Part shown: positions 39,082 to 48,997 of the stretch, in pieces | How positions within the stretch are numbered: position 1 is the stretch's first letter | Layout: each line of letters begins with the position of its first letter | Assembly (NCBI GenBank): GCA_963735035.1 | Contig: CAVTJJ010000004.1 | Coordinates: forward strand, 928,001-992,000 | Direction of reading: 5' to 3' | Length of the DNA: 64,000 nucleotides | Origin: an uncultured candidate division Zixibacteria bacterium | Lineage (GTDB): Bacteria; Zixibacteria; MSB-5A5; GN15; FEB-12 | Notes under the pieces: generated by a model | Told to the model about the DNA's origin: nothing | Databases searched by the model: none | What the model saw: only the letters and a program-made list of their open reading frames with translations | Position numbers and translations under genes: made by a program

Positions 39082-39117
39082 TTAACATCTCTTAACAGGC
39101 CCTAACAAACGTTAACT
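39082..39117. promoter_or_regulatory. Four direct repeats with 10-bp period, candidate response-regulator binding site
   Basis: TTAACA (39082), TTAACA (39092), CTAACA (39102), TTAACT (39112), in the divergent intergenic region. Confidence 0.7.
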
Positions 39118-39299
39118 GCCGATCCGGAAACCGGGGAAGTATCAATACCGTAGAAATTTGCAGATGCCAACATCGAAACAGACAGGAGCCATGTCGATGG
39201 CTATTTTGAGACAACGCGGCCTTTCCGCCCAGTCGGACATCTGGTGTACAGTCGATTGCTCGGTTATGGCGCTGAATATCCAGATGCTGGAGAGGTGAC

Positions 39300-40799
39300 G
39301 TGAAGTATTTTACTGCTATTGCCATTGTCATTGTTCTCGCCGTGCTAAGTGCCGGCAACCTTTGCGGCCAATCCTCGAACTTCTTCAATCAGCGCGATGA
39401 TCAGTACCGACTGCTCGGACTCAAGCGAGCCAAGGAGGCCTACGATGTCGCCCTACAGGATTTCGATAGACAGAAAGAGTTGTTCTCGCGACAACTGATT
39501 TCGGCCACCGAACTGGAGCAGGCCAGAAGAGCCTTTTCGGACGCCGAGGTCAACTACCAGCAATCGCTCCTCGCGGTGCTTTTCGAGAAACAGTACATCT
39601 CGGTCAGCAAGGCGGTAAAGTATCAGGCACCGGACGGCCGCAAGCACGTGCGCCTTACCCTGGCCAATACTTCGGGCGGATCCGAGGAATTCGCTCAGCT
39701 CGTGGGAGTCGAGGACGACTTGTTTCGATCCCTTCAGCCGAATATCACACACAACATATACGTTAGCGTCCTCAACGACGAGAACGCGATCATTAGCCAG
39801 CCCTACGAGGCCAAGATTGACGAACTGCGCTTCGGCGAACCGAAGGAACTCGATTTCACTCTCCTGCAGGACCTGGATGCCGTGACGGTGTATCTGATCT
39901 ATGCCAACGGCAGCCAGCGCAGTATGAAGATATTCCTGCAAAAGGATGCGTCGGTCAACCGCGTGATTGTGCAGTCAGAACAGTTTTCTCAGGAGATCGA
40001 TCTTGGCAGGACGGCCACTTACGACCTGAGTCTTGAGTTGTTCAGCGGTTCGGACAACACGTTCTCACTCGAAGCCGTCAATCTTCCCCAATCGGTAAAC
40101 CGGTACTTCGCCGATTCAATCGGAGCGGCCCGACTAAGCCAGGTCAGATTTACCGAGAGCGGTCGTTCCAAGCGGGCGTCGCTGAAAGTGACCTTGCCTG
40201 ATCGCGACGCCGGCAACGTGGTCATGGACAAGGCGATTCCGTTCTACGTGCTGGTGTTCCCGAGTGACAAACAGGAGACGATTACCGCCCACGGTGATCG
40301 GCCCTGGTCCGAACAGGAAGTCGAGGCGCTCAACATCGGGTACGCCAAACTGGAATTGGTGCCGCGAGGCAAGGGACAGATCCTCGTTCGTTCACCCATG
40401 CTGTTCTATTCGATCCTGGCCGATGACTCGGTGTCCATGGCGGTGGATATTGTCAACGAAGGCAGTCGCCGGCTGGACAACACCGAAATGCGCGCCGATG
40501 TGCCTCTGGGTTGGACCAAGCAGGTCTCGCCGACTACCATTCCGAGCATCGAAATCGGCGCCGAGTCACGGGTTACCTTGTCGTTCCGACCGCCGGAAGA
40601 CATAGCGCCCGGCAAGTATGAAGTACGTTTACGCACTACTGCGATGTCCAATAACCAGCCGGTCAACGCCCTCGATAAGACGGTCACCATCGAAATTCGT
40701 CCCGATTCCAATATCTTCGGTACGATTCTCATCATCCTGGGCTTGATCGGCCTGGTGGGCGGCATCGTGGTATATGGAATACGTCTGTCGAAAAGATAA
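39300..40799 (+). CDS. Exported protein with a coiled-coil N-terminus, NEW3-like Ig domains and a C-terminal TM anchor
   Basis: RBS GGAGAGG and GTG start; signal peptide; NEG...L.....VPLGW...P..I..I..G.......PP.D..PG.Y pattern; C-terminal TM plus RLSKR. Confidence 0.75.
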   Translation: MKYFTAIAIVIVLAVLSAGNLCGQSSNFFNQRDDQYRLLGLKRAKEAYDVALQDFDRQKELFSRQLISATELEQARRAFSDAEVNYQQSLLAVLFEKQYISVSKAVKYQAPDGRKHVRLTLANTSGGSEEFAQLVGVEDDLFRSLQPNITHNIYVSVLNDENAIISQPYEAKIDELRFGEPKELDFTLLQDLDAVTVYLIYANGSQRSMKIFLQKDASVNRVIVQSEQFSQEIDLGRTATYDLSLELFSGSDNTFSLEAVNLPQSVNRYFADSIGAARLSQVRFTESGRSKRASLKVTLPDRDAGNVVMDKAIPFYVLVFPSDKQETITAHGDRPWSEQEVEALNIGYAKLELVPRGKGQILVRSPMLFYSILADDSVSMAVDIVNEGSRRLDNTEMRADVPLGWTKQVSPTTIPSIEIGAESRVTLSFRPPEDIAPGKYEVRLRTTAMSNNQPVNALDKTVTIEIRPDSNIFGTILIILGLIGLVGGIVVYGIRLSKR

Positions 40800-40827
40800 C
40801 AATCATTGAACGAGATACGAGGCCAAA

Positions 40828-41607
40828 GTGAATCAGAACCTTACATCTAACGGGCCGCGACTGGAAGCGGTCAACCTGACCAAACGGTACGAGGACGGTG
40901 TGCTGGCCCTCGACCACGTGAACTTCACCGTCATGCCGGGGCAGATTTTCGCCGTGCTCGGCGGCAACGGCGCCGGGAAGACAACCGCGATCAATCTGTT
41001 CCTGAATCTGCTCGAACCGACCGAAGGCGAAGCTCGCATTTGCGGCATCGTCTCGCATCGGGAGCCGCTCCGTGCCAAGGAACTGGTAGCCTACGTTTCG
41101 GAGAATGTGATGCTCTATCCTAATTTCACAGCGTTGCAGAATCTGGATTTCTTCGCCCGCCTCGGCGGCAAGACGAGCTATACGGCCGATGATTATCACC
41201 GCGTGCTCGATCGAGTCGGTCTGGGGCGCGAGGCGCACCGCAAACGGCTCAAAGGCTTCTCGAAGGGGATGCGCCAGAAGTGTGGCATAGCCATCGCCAT
41301 ACTGAAAGACGCTCCGGCCATTCTTCTGGACGAGCCTACGTCCGGACTCGATCCAAAAGCGGGGCATGAATTCCTGACCCTGCTCGATGAACTGCGCGCC
41401 GAAGGGAAGGCGATCTTGATGTCAACCCACGACATATTCCGCGCCCGCGAGATTTCGGATGTGGTAGCCATTATGGACAGCGGCAGAGTTATCATGCAGA
41501 AGAAGGCGGCCGAGCTGGCCGGCCATGATCTCGAAGCCTTGTACATGAAGTACATGGCGGGCGCTAACGGCGGTACCGTTGCGACGGCGGAGGCCGGTCA
41601 TGCTTAA
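40828..41607 (+). CDS. ABC transporter ATP-binding protein (ABC-2/NosF-like)
   Basis: GGNGAGKTT, FSKGMRQK, LLDEPTSGLDP, STH. Confidence 0.95.
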   Translation: MNQNLTSNGPRLEAVNLTKRYEDGVLALDHVNFTVMPGQIFAVLGGNGAGKTTAINLFLNLLEPTEGEARICGIVSHREPLRAKELVAYVSENVMLYPNFTALQNLDFFARLGGKTSYTADDYHRVLDRVGLGREAHRKRLKGFSKGMRQKCGIAIAILKDAPAILLDEPTSGLDPKAGHEFLTLLDELRAEGKAILMSTHDIFRAREISDVVAIMDSGRVIMQKKAAELAGHDLEALYMKYMAGANGGTVATAEAGHA

Positions 41608-43018
41608 GACGCTAATCGAAAAGGAAATTCGTGACCTGATTGGATCGACCAAGTTCGCAATCACGTTTGGCGCCTGCGCGGTCCTGATCATAGGCGCCTT
41701 CTATGCCGGTGGCGCCCGCTACGGTCTCTATCGCCAGCAATATGAAGCGTCCAAGGCTCAGGAGGCGCAACAGATAGGGACCAACACCGACTGGTTAGCA
41801 GTCGGCTCCGCCAAAATCTTCCTGCCGCCCGATCCGCTCGCGACACTTGTCTCAGGCGTCTCAAACGACATCGGCCTCGACGCCGTCGCGACCGGCCGCG
41901 GCGAACCGGATATCCAGGACAGTCGCTACAGTGAAGATCCGATCTATGCCGTGTTCCAGTTCCTTGACCTTGAATTTCTATTCAAAGTCATCTTGTCTCT
42001 GTTCGCCATTCTGCTTGGTTACGACGCCATTAGTGGCGAGAAGGAACAGGGGACGTTGCGACTCACCTTTGCCAACGCAGTACCGCGACATATGTACATC
42101 ATAGGAAAACTGCTGGGCGGGACGATCGTTCTCGGCATCTCGCTCCTGGTGGCTTTCGCAGTCGGGGCCCTGCTCTTTCCGGCCATGGGGGTGCCGATGT
42201 CCGGCGGTGATTGGGGGACACTCGCCCTCGTAATCTTCACGGGGTTCTTGTACTTTGGTGTGTTCCTTACTTTGTCGGTCGCCGTATCGGCTCTGACTCA
42301 GCGCCCCTCCAGTTCCTTCCTGGTACTGCTGGTTGTTTGGATTGCGACGGTACTTATCATTCCGCGCGTGGCCGTAATTACTTCCGGCCGGGCGGTCAAT
42401 GTGCCGTCGGTTGACGAAATCGCGTCGCAAAAGGCTGTCTACTCCAGTCAGTTGAACAACGAGTACTTTGATGCCCTGGGGCGTCTATCGTTTAGCATGC
42501 CTGGAGCCGGTGGGGATCCCACGACGCAGATAACCAAGGCCATGGATTCTCTTACCAACGTCAGCCAGGTCAAGTTGGATGAATTTTCCGGCCGCCTTAA
42601 CGAGCAGCGACATAACGCTCAGGAACAGCAGGTTGGACTGGCGATGTCTCTCGCACGGCTTTCGCCCACCGCGTCTTTGACTACGGCGATCTCTCAGTTG
42701 GCCGGCACTTCGCTGGCGCTCAATGATCGTTTCTATCAGGAAGCATTGGATTACAGTCGCAGTTTCGGAAATTTCAAGCAGGAAAAGACCGGCTTCAACT
42801 CCGGGGTCTCTATGCGTGTAATCAAGGTCGGCGATAGCGCCGGCCAGGAAGATCCCAAGCGAATCGACCCTGCCGAGCTGCCACCATTCGCGTACAGACG
42901 CTGGGGCATATCCCAGGCGTTGGATGGGGCTGCGGTCGACATCGGCCTGCTCGCATTCTTCAACCTGTTATTCTTTGCCGGAGCCTTCGTCGCCTTTTCC
43001 CGCTACGACCTTAGATAA
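41600..43018 (+). CDS. ABC-2 type permease with large extracytoplasmic loops
   Basis: MLKTLIEKE start; YDAISGEKEQGTLRL motif; ends F.RYDLR. Confidence 0.88.
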   Translation: MLKTLIEKEIRDLIGSTKFAITFGACAVLIIGAFYAGGARYGLYRQQYEASKAQEAQQIGTNTDWLAVGSAKIFLPPDPLATLVSGVSNDIGLDAVATGRGEPDIQDSRYSEDPIYAVFQFLDLEFLFKVILSLFAILLGYDAISGEKEQGTLRLTFANAVPRHMYIIGKLLGGTIVLGISLLVAFAVGALLFPAMGVPMSGGDWGTLALVIFTGFLYFGVFLTLSVAVSALTQRPSSSFLVLLVVWIATVLIIPRVAVITSGRAVNVPSVDEIASQKAVYSSQLNNEYFDALGRLSFSMPGAGGDPTTQITKAMDSLTNVSQVKLDEFSGRLNEQRHNAQEQQVGLAMSLARLSPTASLTTAISQLAGTSLALNDRFYQEALDYSRSFGNFKQEKTGFNSGVSMRVIKVGDSAGQEDPKRIDPAELPPFAYRRWGISQALDGAAVDIGLLAFFNLLFFAGAFVAFSRYDLR

Positions 43019-43040
43019 AGTCAGGTGATGGAGAAATAAT

Positions 43041-44468
43041 ATGCTTTCAACATTGATACAAAAAGAACTCAAGGCCATCATTCAGAGTCCCAAGTTCGTC
43101 GGGTCGTTTGCGGTTTGCTCGATACTGATTCTGCTGTCGATCTTTACCGGCATTCGTGAATACAAAGCCGCCGTGAAACAGTATGACGCCGCTTCCACGC
43201 TCGTGGATGAACAACTGCGCCAGGAGAAGTCCTGGGCTCATTTTAGTACGAAGACCTATCGAGCCCCCGATCCGATGCAGGTATTCGTCTCCGGCCTGAG
43301 CTATGATATCGGTCGCTGGTCCAATATCTCTTCCAGGGATGGCGTCAAACTGCTGCACAGCGCTTATTCCGATGACCCAATCTTTGCGGTCTTCCGCATT
43401 ATCGATTTCTCATTTATCGTTATGTTCGTGCTGTCATTGATGGCCATACAGTTCACCTATGATGCGGTCAATGGAGAGCGAGAGTCCGGCACCCTAAAGC
43501 TGGTTTTCTCCAACTCCGTCCCGAGGGCAAAGTATTTGTTTGCCAAGTGTGCCGGTTCCTGGCTTGGCCTGGTTGCGCCGCTGGGAATCCCGGTCTTGAT
43601 CGCCCTCTTGATGGTAATTGGAGCGGGGGTGCCTATGACTTTCGGGCACTGGATGAAAGTCGGCGTTCTGCTCGGACTCTCGCTTCTCCTATTCACGGTC
43701 TTCATATTACTCGGAGTGTTGGTATCTACTATCACACGACGCTCCTCAGTTTCATTTCTGGTGGCGCTCCTGCTCTGGGTAGCGTTTGTGATGATCATTC
43801 CGAGATCGGGCGTCATGGCGGCGGGCGGATTGGTGGATGTGCCCCGCGCGACCGAGATCGAGGCTCAACGTGACGCCTTTGTCAACGAGAAATGGCAGGG
43901 ATACATCGGTACTGTCAATACGCGATGTCCGGTCAAAGGGACACTCGAGCACAACGCCGATAGCCGGGATACGCTCAAGGAGGCGATGGATGCCGAAATT
44001 GAAGCCTATGATACGCAATTGCGAGAAGGATTCCGCCAGCGTAAGATCCAGCAGGAGAGTGTTGCCTGGAGCCTGGCTCGACTGTCGCCCGCATCGGCGT
44101 ACCAGTTGGCGGCCATGTCCCTCGCGGGCACCGATACGGAATCCAAGGCTCGAAACGAAGATGCCATGAATCGCTATCGAAGAGAGCTAAACAAGTACAC
44201 AAGTGACAAACAGGTTGAGACCGGCCAGTCCGGCGGCATCCGCATTTCAGTATCCGTCGACGACAAGGGAGAGGCCAATCTTGCGGTCGACGCCTCTCGT
44301 GCCCGAGACGGACTCAACACGACCGATATGCCTAGATTCAAAGCCCCCGAAGTAAGCCTGGCCGAAGCGATCGGTCCGACCGTTGTAGATTTCGGCATTC
44401 TCGGATTCGACATCTTGTTCATCTTCGCGCTTGCCTTTGTGGCCTTTCTGAAATACGACCTACGATAG
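43041..44468 (+). CDS. ABC-2 type permease, paralog of the preceding gene
   Basis: YDAVNGERESGTLKL motif; ends FLKYDLR. Confidence 0.88.
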   Translation: MLSTLIQKELKAIIQSPKFVGSFAVCSILILLSIFTGIREYKAAVKQYDAASTLVDEQLRQEKSWAHFSTKTYRAPDPMQVFVSGLSYDIGRWSNISSRDGVKLLHSAYSDDPIFAVFRIIDFSFIVMFVLSLMAIQFTYDAVNGERESGTLKLVFSNSVPRAKYLFAKCAGSWLGLVAPLGIPVLIALLMVIGAGVPMTFGHWMKVGVLLGLSLLLFTVFILLGVLVSTITRRSSVSFLVALLLWVAFVMIIPRSGVMAAGGLVDVPRATEIEAQRDAFVNEKWQGYIGTVNTRCPVKGTLEHNADSRDTLKEAMDAEIEAYDTQLREGFRQRKIQQESVAWSLARLSPASAYQLAAMSLAGTDTESKARNEDAMNRYRRELNKYTSDKQVETGQSGGIRISVSVDDKGEANLAVDASRARDGLNTTDMPRFKAPEVSLAEAIGPTVVDFGILGFDILFIFALAFVAFLKYDLR

Positions 44469-44548
44469 TCTGCCCCCAACCGCGCACACCGGCTCGGCTT
44501 TCCAGACTTGGCTGGGCCGGTGTCGCACCCATTCCCCAAATACACCGA

Positions 44549-44577
44549 TTGACGGTGACGCTGTCTACCTGTATATT
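44549..44577 (+). promoter_or_regulatory. Sigma70-type promoter
   Basis: TTGACG-17 nt-TATATT. Confidence 0.6.
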
Positions 44578-44716
44578 GAAATGTGTTTACGTGGCCGGTC
44601 GGTCCGAATTCCACGCAGCCCGCTTCTCTAACTTACTGTAGGTCGTCGCACGGAGCGAAAATTCTGCGCGAGAACTGTGCCGACTCAAAGCGGCGATGAA
44701 CGCGTCAGGAGGACAT

Positions 44717-46033
44717 ATGCGAGTCAGAAATTCCTTGAGGGCGATTGTTATCTTTTGCGCCCTAATCATGTCAACCCCGTCTGTCTTGATTGCCGGCGGC
44801 GGTGAATTTCACCGTGTACCGGCCGGCCCAAAGAACGAGACTGCTATTGCTAAGAATGCCCTTGCCGGATGTGAACTCCTCCGACACTGGGTCGATGATA
44901 CCATTCTTGGTTACAGTTCCTCGTACGAGACCGGCGAGCGCACTGTTACCTATTTCGACCCGGCTGCGTGCGGATCGGGGCCATATCCGTTCAGCATCAC
45001 CGGCTTTTCGTTCACTCTGCTTGACCCTCTGAACATCTACGATTCCAGAACCTACAAATGGCCGGTGCAACTGGCGGTGGTAGTCTACGATATGTATTCG
45101 CCCGCCGACAGTTGCCTCGGGCCGGGTATGGAATTGTATCGCCTTCCGGTCTTGTGCGACTCTGCTTCGTTCGCCTATCCGGCCGTCGGCCAGGTGACAT
45201 TTCCAGCCCCGCTCTGTGTCGACCGTCCGTTCTACATAGGCATCGAATACACGGATACTTTCACTGGTTTATTGCCGTCAGTGATGTTCGATGTCAGCTC
45301 GCACCCCGGGCTTTGTCACATTTACCAGTATTTCATGAACAACTGGTACGGTTGGTATTATTTCTGGCCCGACCCAAACCACATGCCCGGCTTTCCCTTC
45401 TACTGGGTCCAGGGGGAGACGCAAGCGGTAAGCTGTCTTCCCGATGCCGACTTGGATGGCGTCCCTGATTCCGAGGACAACTGCCCGTCGGTTGCTAATC
45501 CCGATCAAGCGGACAACGACGCCGATGGTCTGGGCAATGCCTGTGATAATTGTCCGTCCATTGCAAATCTGGATCAAGTCGATAGCGACTCCGACGGTGT
45601 GGGTGACGCCTGCGACAATTGCCCCTCGGTCACCAATCCGGAACAGCATGATAACGACCATGACGGACTCGGTGATGTGTGTGACCCCGACGACGATAAT
45701 GACGGGGTGCCGGACGCCTCGGACAATTGTCCGATGGTGGCCAATCCAGCGCAGGAGGACGCGAACGCCAACGGTATCGGCGATGCCTGCGAATGTCTGG
45801 GGACTACTGGTAACGCCAACTGTGATCCGGCGGACGACGTGACAATCGGCGATATATCTATGTTGATCGACCACCTATTCATTAGTGGAGTCGATCTATG
45901 TTCGATCCCGGAAGCGGATGTCAACCAGTCGGGTGGTGTTGCGCCGACTTACGATGATATTACTATCGGTGACATCTCGATGTTGATCGATCATTTGTTT
46001 ATGTCGAATATCCCTCTGCCGAATTGCCTGTAG
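44717..46033 (+). CDS. Secreted protein with thrombospondin type-3 repeats and a dockerin-like tail
   Basis: RBS AGGAGG then ATG 44717; signal peptide; DxDxDGxGxACDNCP repeats; [23 protein letters not shown] / EADVNQSG...ITIGDIS.LIDHLF. Confidence 0.85.
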   Translation: MRVRNSLRAIVIFCALIMSTPSVLIAGGGEFHRVPAGPKNETAIAKNALAGCELLRHWVDDTILGYSSSYETGERTVTYFDPAACGSGPYPFSITGFSFTLLDPLNIYDSRTYKWPVQLAVVVYDMYSPADSCLGPGMELYRLPVLCDSASFAYPAVGQVTFPAPLCVDRPFYIGIEYTDTFTGLLPSVMFDVSSHPGLCHIYQYFMNNWYGWYYFWPDPNHMPGFPFYWVQGETQAVSCLPDADLDGVPDSEDNCPSVANPDQADNDADGLGNACDNCPSIANLDQVDSDSDGVGDACDNCPSVTNPEQHDNDHDGLGDVCDPDDDNDGVPDASDNCPMVANPAQEDANANGIGDACECLGTTGNANCDPADDVTIGDISMLIDHLFISGVDLCSIPEADVNQSGGVAPTYDDITIGDISMLIDHLFMSNIPLPNCL

Positions 46034-46077
46034 CCATGGGTGGTTCACCATTTAGGGTGGGGGACAAGCACCAGTCG

Positions 46078-46280
46078 GTCAGGAGCCCTTAGGCTCCTGA
46101 CAACACAGGACAATATCTCGCGATGTCGGGATGGCAAGCATCCCGACCTGCCAAGCTGTTGAAAAACTGCTCGAATGTTGTTGCGGCAGGTCTTGCGTCG
46201 CCGAAGGCGGCGTGTGACCTGCCGCGTTGCATTATTGCGCGAAGACAACATTGTCAGGAGGCTAAGGCCTCCTGATCTAC
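46078..46280. repeat. Cluster of REP-like hairpins
   Basis: GTCAGGAGCC-CTTA-GGCTCCTGAC; GTCGGGATG-GCAAG-CATCCCGAC; GCGGCAGGTC...GACCTGCCGC; TCAGGAGGC-TAAG-GCCTCCTGA-TCTAC, all between convergent genes. Confidence 0.7.
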
Positions 46281-46291
46281 TCTTCCTAATC

Positions 46292-46420
46292 GTCATTGCG
46301 AGCGGAGATGGCACGCCGCCAGGCGGGACAGCGTAGCGCGGCAATCTCAAGTTGGTTGTGGTAGCGTCATTTGAGATCGCCACGTCTCGCCCGCGAGGCG
46401 CGGTCGAGACTCGCGATGAC
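46292..46420. repeat. GTCATTGCGAG...CTCGCGATGAC repeat, copy 2
   Basis: Same ends and internal IR as 36319-36490, with a shorter central spacer. Confidence 0.8.
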
Positions 46421-46441
46421 GGGATAGCACGGTCGCGCCAG

Positions 46442-46954
46442 TCAGCGCGTCGTTACCTTCGTCTTTCGCACTACCCTACTGCGGTAGCCGGTCTTGCTGT
46501 TCAATTCGAGATAGTTGTAGATGGCTATGTCCTGATCGATGAACGACACGACATTGTTGACTTCGCGGGCCACGACGGCCGCTTTGCGCAGGGTCGAGAT
46601 TTCTTCTTTGATGTTGACTTCGGCCAGAAATTCGGGGCTGCCCGTCTCCATGAAGACAATGGCTACGATGTAGCGGTCGAGATAACGGGCGTCGTGGTAG
46701 ATGTCTTCACTCCGAAGCATCTTCACGGCCTTTTCGGCTATCCGAACGAGCGGCAGGCGGTAGTCGAGGCTGACCTTGAACGTGATCAGGTAATGTCCGG
46801 ACCCAAGGTCTTTGACGCGTTCGTCGCGGGTATATTCAAACAAACCGCGGGCGGCCTGGAGGGCCTCCCGTGGTCCCGCGGCTTCGAGAAACGCGCGGCC
46901 AAAGTTCCGGCAGAACTCGACCACGCCTTCATTGAAATTTACTTTGTAAATCAT
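46442..46954 (-). CDS. Hypothetical protein
   Basis: 170-aa ORF with normal globular composition, co-oriented with the upstream gene; no motif recognised. Confidence 0.6.
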   Translation of the reverse strand: MIYKVNFNEGVVEFCRNFGRAFLEAAGPREALQAARGLFEYTRDERVKDLGSGHYLITFKVSLDYRLPLVRIAEKAVKMLRSEDIYHDARYLDRYIVAIVFMETGSPEFLAEVNIKEEISTLRKAAVVAREVNNVVSFIDQDIAIYNYLELNSKTGYRSRVVRKTKVTTR

Positions 46955-46987
46955 GGCCTATAACGGATTATCGGCGATTGGAGGGGG

Positions 46988-47614
46988 CTACTTGACCGCG
47001 GACGTGTCGCGGTCGCCATGCCAAGACCAATGCCACGGCTCCCAGAAGCCGTCATGGTCGGGTCTTTTCGGCATGGTTTCGTAGAAGCCAAACCGGGAGG
47101 CGTTTAGTTTCAACCAGCGATATATTTTCGACGAGGCAAAAGTTATCTCGCTGGGCGCCAGATCAAGCGCCCGACCGGTATGATGTTCCGAGTATCCCGG
47201 CGGAGCCACCGACAAGAGAACCTCACGAAACGTTTTCCCGGTCGCCATTCGGTCACGGATGATCTTGCGCTGATACGAAAGCGATCGAAACCCCGAATCG
47301 GCGATCAGTTCCACCGAGTCTTTCTTAGCTGCTTCGGCCATTTTTACGAACGCGTCTCGGGTCGACGGCAGCACGGCTATAAGATAGTTATCGAAAGACA
47401 GTGACTTGGGGAGAAGGACCAGGTCACGTTGTCGCGGCAGATCGACCTTGGGGATCGCTTTGCCACACCAGTAGTCGCTGACCGGATAGGTGACCGAATC
47501 GATCTTCACCGAATCCGGGCACGGTTCGGCGAATGCATCAGCTGTAGCGAATACTAACGTAATCGCAATTACGACGGCGATTAGAAGAAGTAAATGTCTG
47601 TCTATCTTGGTCAT
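46988..47614 (-). CDS. Exported M15B (VanY/LdcB-like) zinc carboxypeptidase
   Basis: Signal peptide; SGFRS..YQ, PGYSEHHTG.ALD (SxHxxGxAxD) and EPWHW motifs. Confidence 0.9.
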   Translation of the reverse strand: MTKIDRHLLLLIAVVIAITLVFATADAFAEPCPDSVKIDSVTYPVSDYWCGKAIPKVDLPRQRDLVLLPKSLSFDNYLIAVLPSTRDAFVKMAEAAKKDSVELIADSGFRSLSYQRKIIRDRMATGKTFREVLLSVAPPGYSEHHTGRALDLAPSEITFASSKIYRWLKLNASRFGFYETMPKRPDHDGFWEPWHWSWHGDRDTSAVK

Positions 47615-47720
47615 ATCGTCTCTCGTCGAGAGACGAACGATACTTCGAGTGAAGCCAGTTGTCAGCTATAAAGTAGGATCACTACGAAGCTCGATAATGC
47701 GCTACAGCGAGGCGGTTCGG

Positions 47721-48734
47721 CTAGTTGGCCGCACTGTCACGTACCCAGTATCGAACCTGCAGGTAGTACACGCTGCTATCCATCCTCTGTGTGATTGATG
47801 AGTAGTTGTATAGAATTGGTACCTTCACCGCCAGCGTGTCGGTCTGCTCTCTATTGGCATTCTCAAATATTCGATTGGAATTGAACGGTTCCCGTTCAGG
47901 GAAGATAATCAGCCCCTGATCAGGGCGAAATACGTCAACGCGATCGTCTAACTTCCCGTCAGGAATCTTTTCACCCTGCAGGTTATATTGGTCGAGACCG
48001 AGAATTTTGATGAAGGAGGCTTGCACGATGTTATCAACCTTTTGATAATTCAGGCAGGAGACAGTTCCCTCACTGCCAATGGGGCCTTTGAATATTTTGA
48101 GATCGATGTCTTCGCTCCTATCGAACCATGGAATTCTGTAGCAGTTGCGCCACATCAAATTCCAGGCAGGGTTCGTCGGAAAGTTGTCTTTCGGCGTGGG
48201 CTGGACGATCCGCAACGTGTCGCCTTCCGGGCCGGTGTAACCAATCGTATCGATTACTCCGGTGGGAACACCGGGCGAAGAGTAGCGCGTTATCTCCATG
48301 CTGACCCCAATGCCGTAGCGGCGCCCGTTGTAGAACACCAGAGCCACCGGGCAGTGAGCCGTGTCCTGATCGTAGAGCAACTGCCACTGGTCGCGGGTAA
48401 CTTCTATCGTAAGCACGTCTGATGCGTCGTAAGTGTCGCTGAACCCGGGTCCGATATCCATGTACGTCTTCTTGGCGTCTGGATCCCGATAGTCGGGTTG
48501 CTCTTCCCGTACCTTAACATTGACACAATCATACGGGCCGATCTCTCCTGGATAGGCAAGATCGAAAATCCGGCCGTCAGAATACAGGCCGTCTCGCACA
48601 TACTCTGTCTCCCAATGTCCGGACGGCGGATTACTCTTGGTCAGGTTGTTGTCATCCGAACAACCTAACGAACCCAGAGAACATAACAGAGCAATCCAAG
48701 TGGCAAGTCGCTTCGAAATTGTATGGTAGCCCAT
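47721..48734 (-). CDS. Lipoprotein with a segment resembling part of the T9SS translocon SprA
   Basis: Lipobox LGSLGC after ATG 48734; W.LM..N.Y, LGLD..N......PDG..D and G.IIFP..EPF motifs recalled from SprA-family proteins. Confidence 0.6.
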   Translation of the reverse strand: MGYHTISKRLATWIALLCSLGSLGCSDDNNLTKSNPPSGHWETEYVRDGLYSDGRIFDLAYPGEIGPYDCVNVKVREEQPDYRDPDAKKTYMDIGPGFSDTYDASDVLTIEVTRDQWQLLYDQDTAHCPVALVFYNGRRYGIGVSMEITRYSSPGVPTGVIDTIGYTGPEGDTLRIVQPTPKDNFPTNPAWNLMWRNCYRIPWFDRSEDIDLKIFKGPIGSEGTVSCLNYQKVDNIVQASFIKILGLDQYNLQGEKIPDGKLDDRVDVFRPDQGLIIFPEREPFNSNRIFENANREQTDTLAVKVPILYNYSSITQRMDSSVYYLQVRYWVRDSAAN

Positions 48735-48997
48735 CACCGCCTCGCACAAGAGTATGTAGATTGTCTGGTCTAATATACATGACCGGCTGAATTTCGCCAA
48801 ATTCCTTTGAATCCAGCCTGTTGAAAAGTATGTGGAACGGCAGCGACCGCAGGCCTAAATTGATGTTGCAACCTCTTGCCGCACAATGTGATAAAGTCGT
48901 CAATCGACCCGAATTTTAGTTGCTTTGTCTTGTGACTGGGGCTACTTTTAAGGCTGTGTTAGAATAAGCTAACCTGTTACGATTTAAGGACCTGCGC

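Noticed and set aside
39300..40799. Cohesin scaffold partner for the dockerin-like modules
   Set aside because: The Ig-like segments look like NEW3 domains and no repeated cohesin pattern was recognised. This cannot be fully excluded without structure prediction.
46352..46963. 203-aa plus-strand ORF
   Set aside because: It starts inside a palindromic repeat and is antisense to the more plausible 46442-46954 gene.
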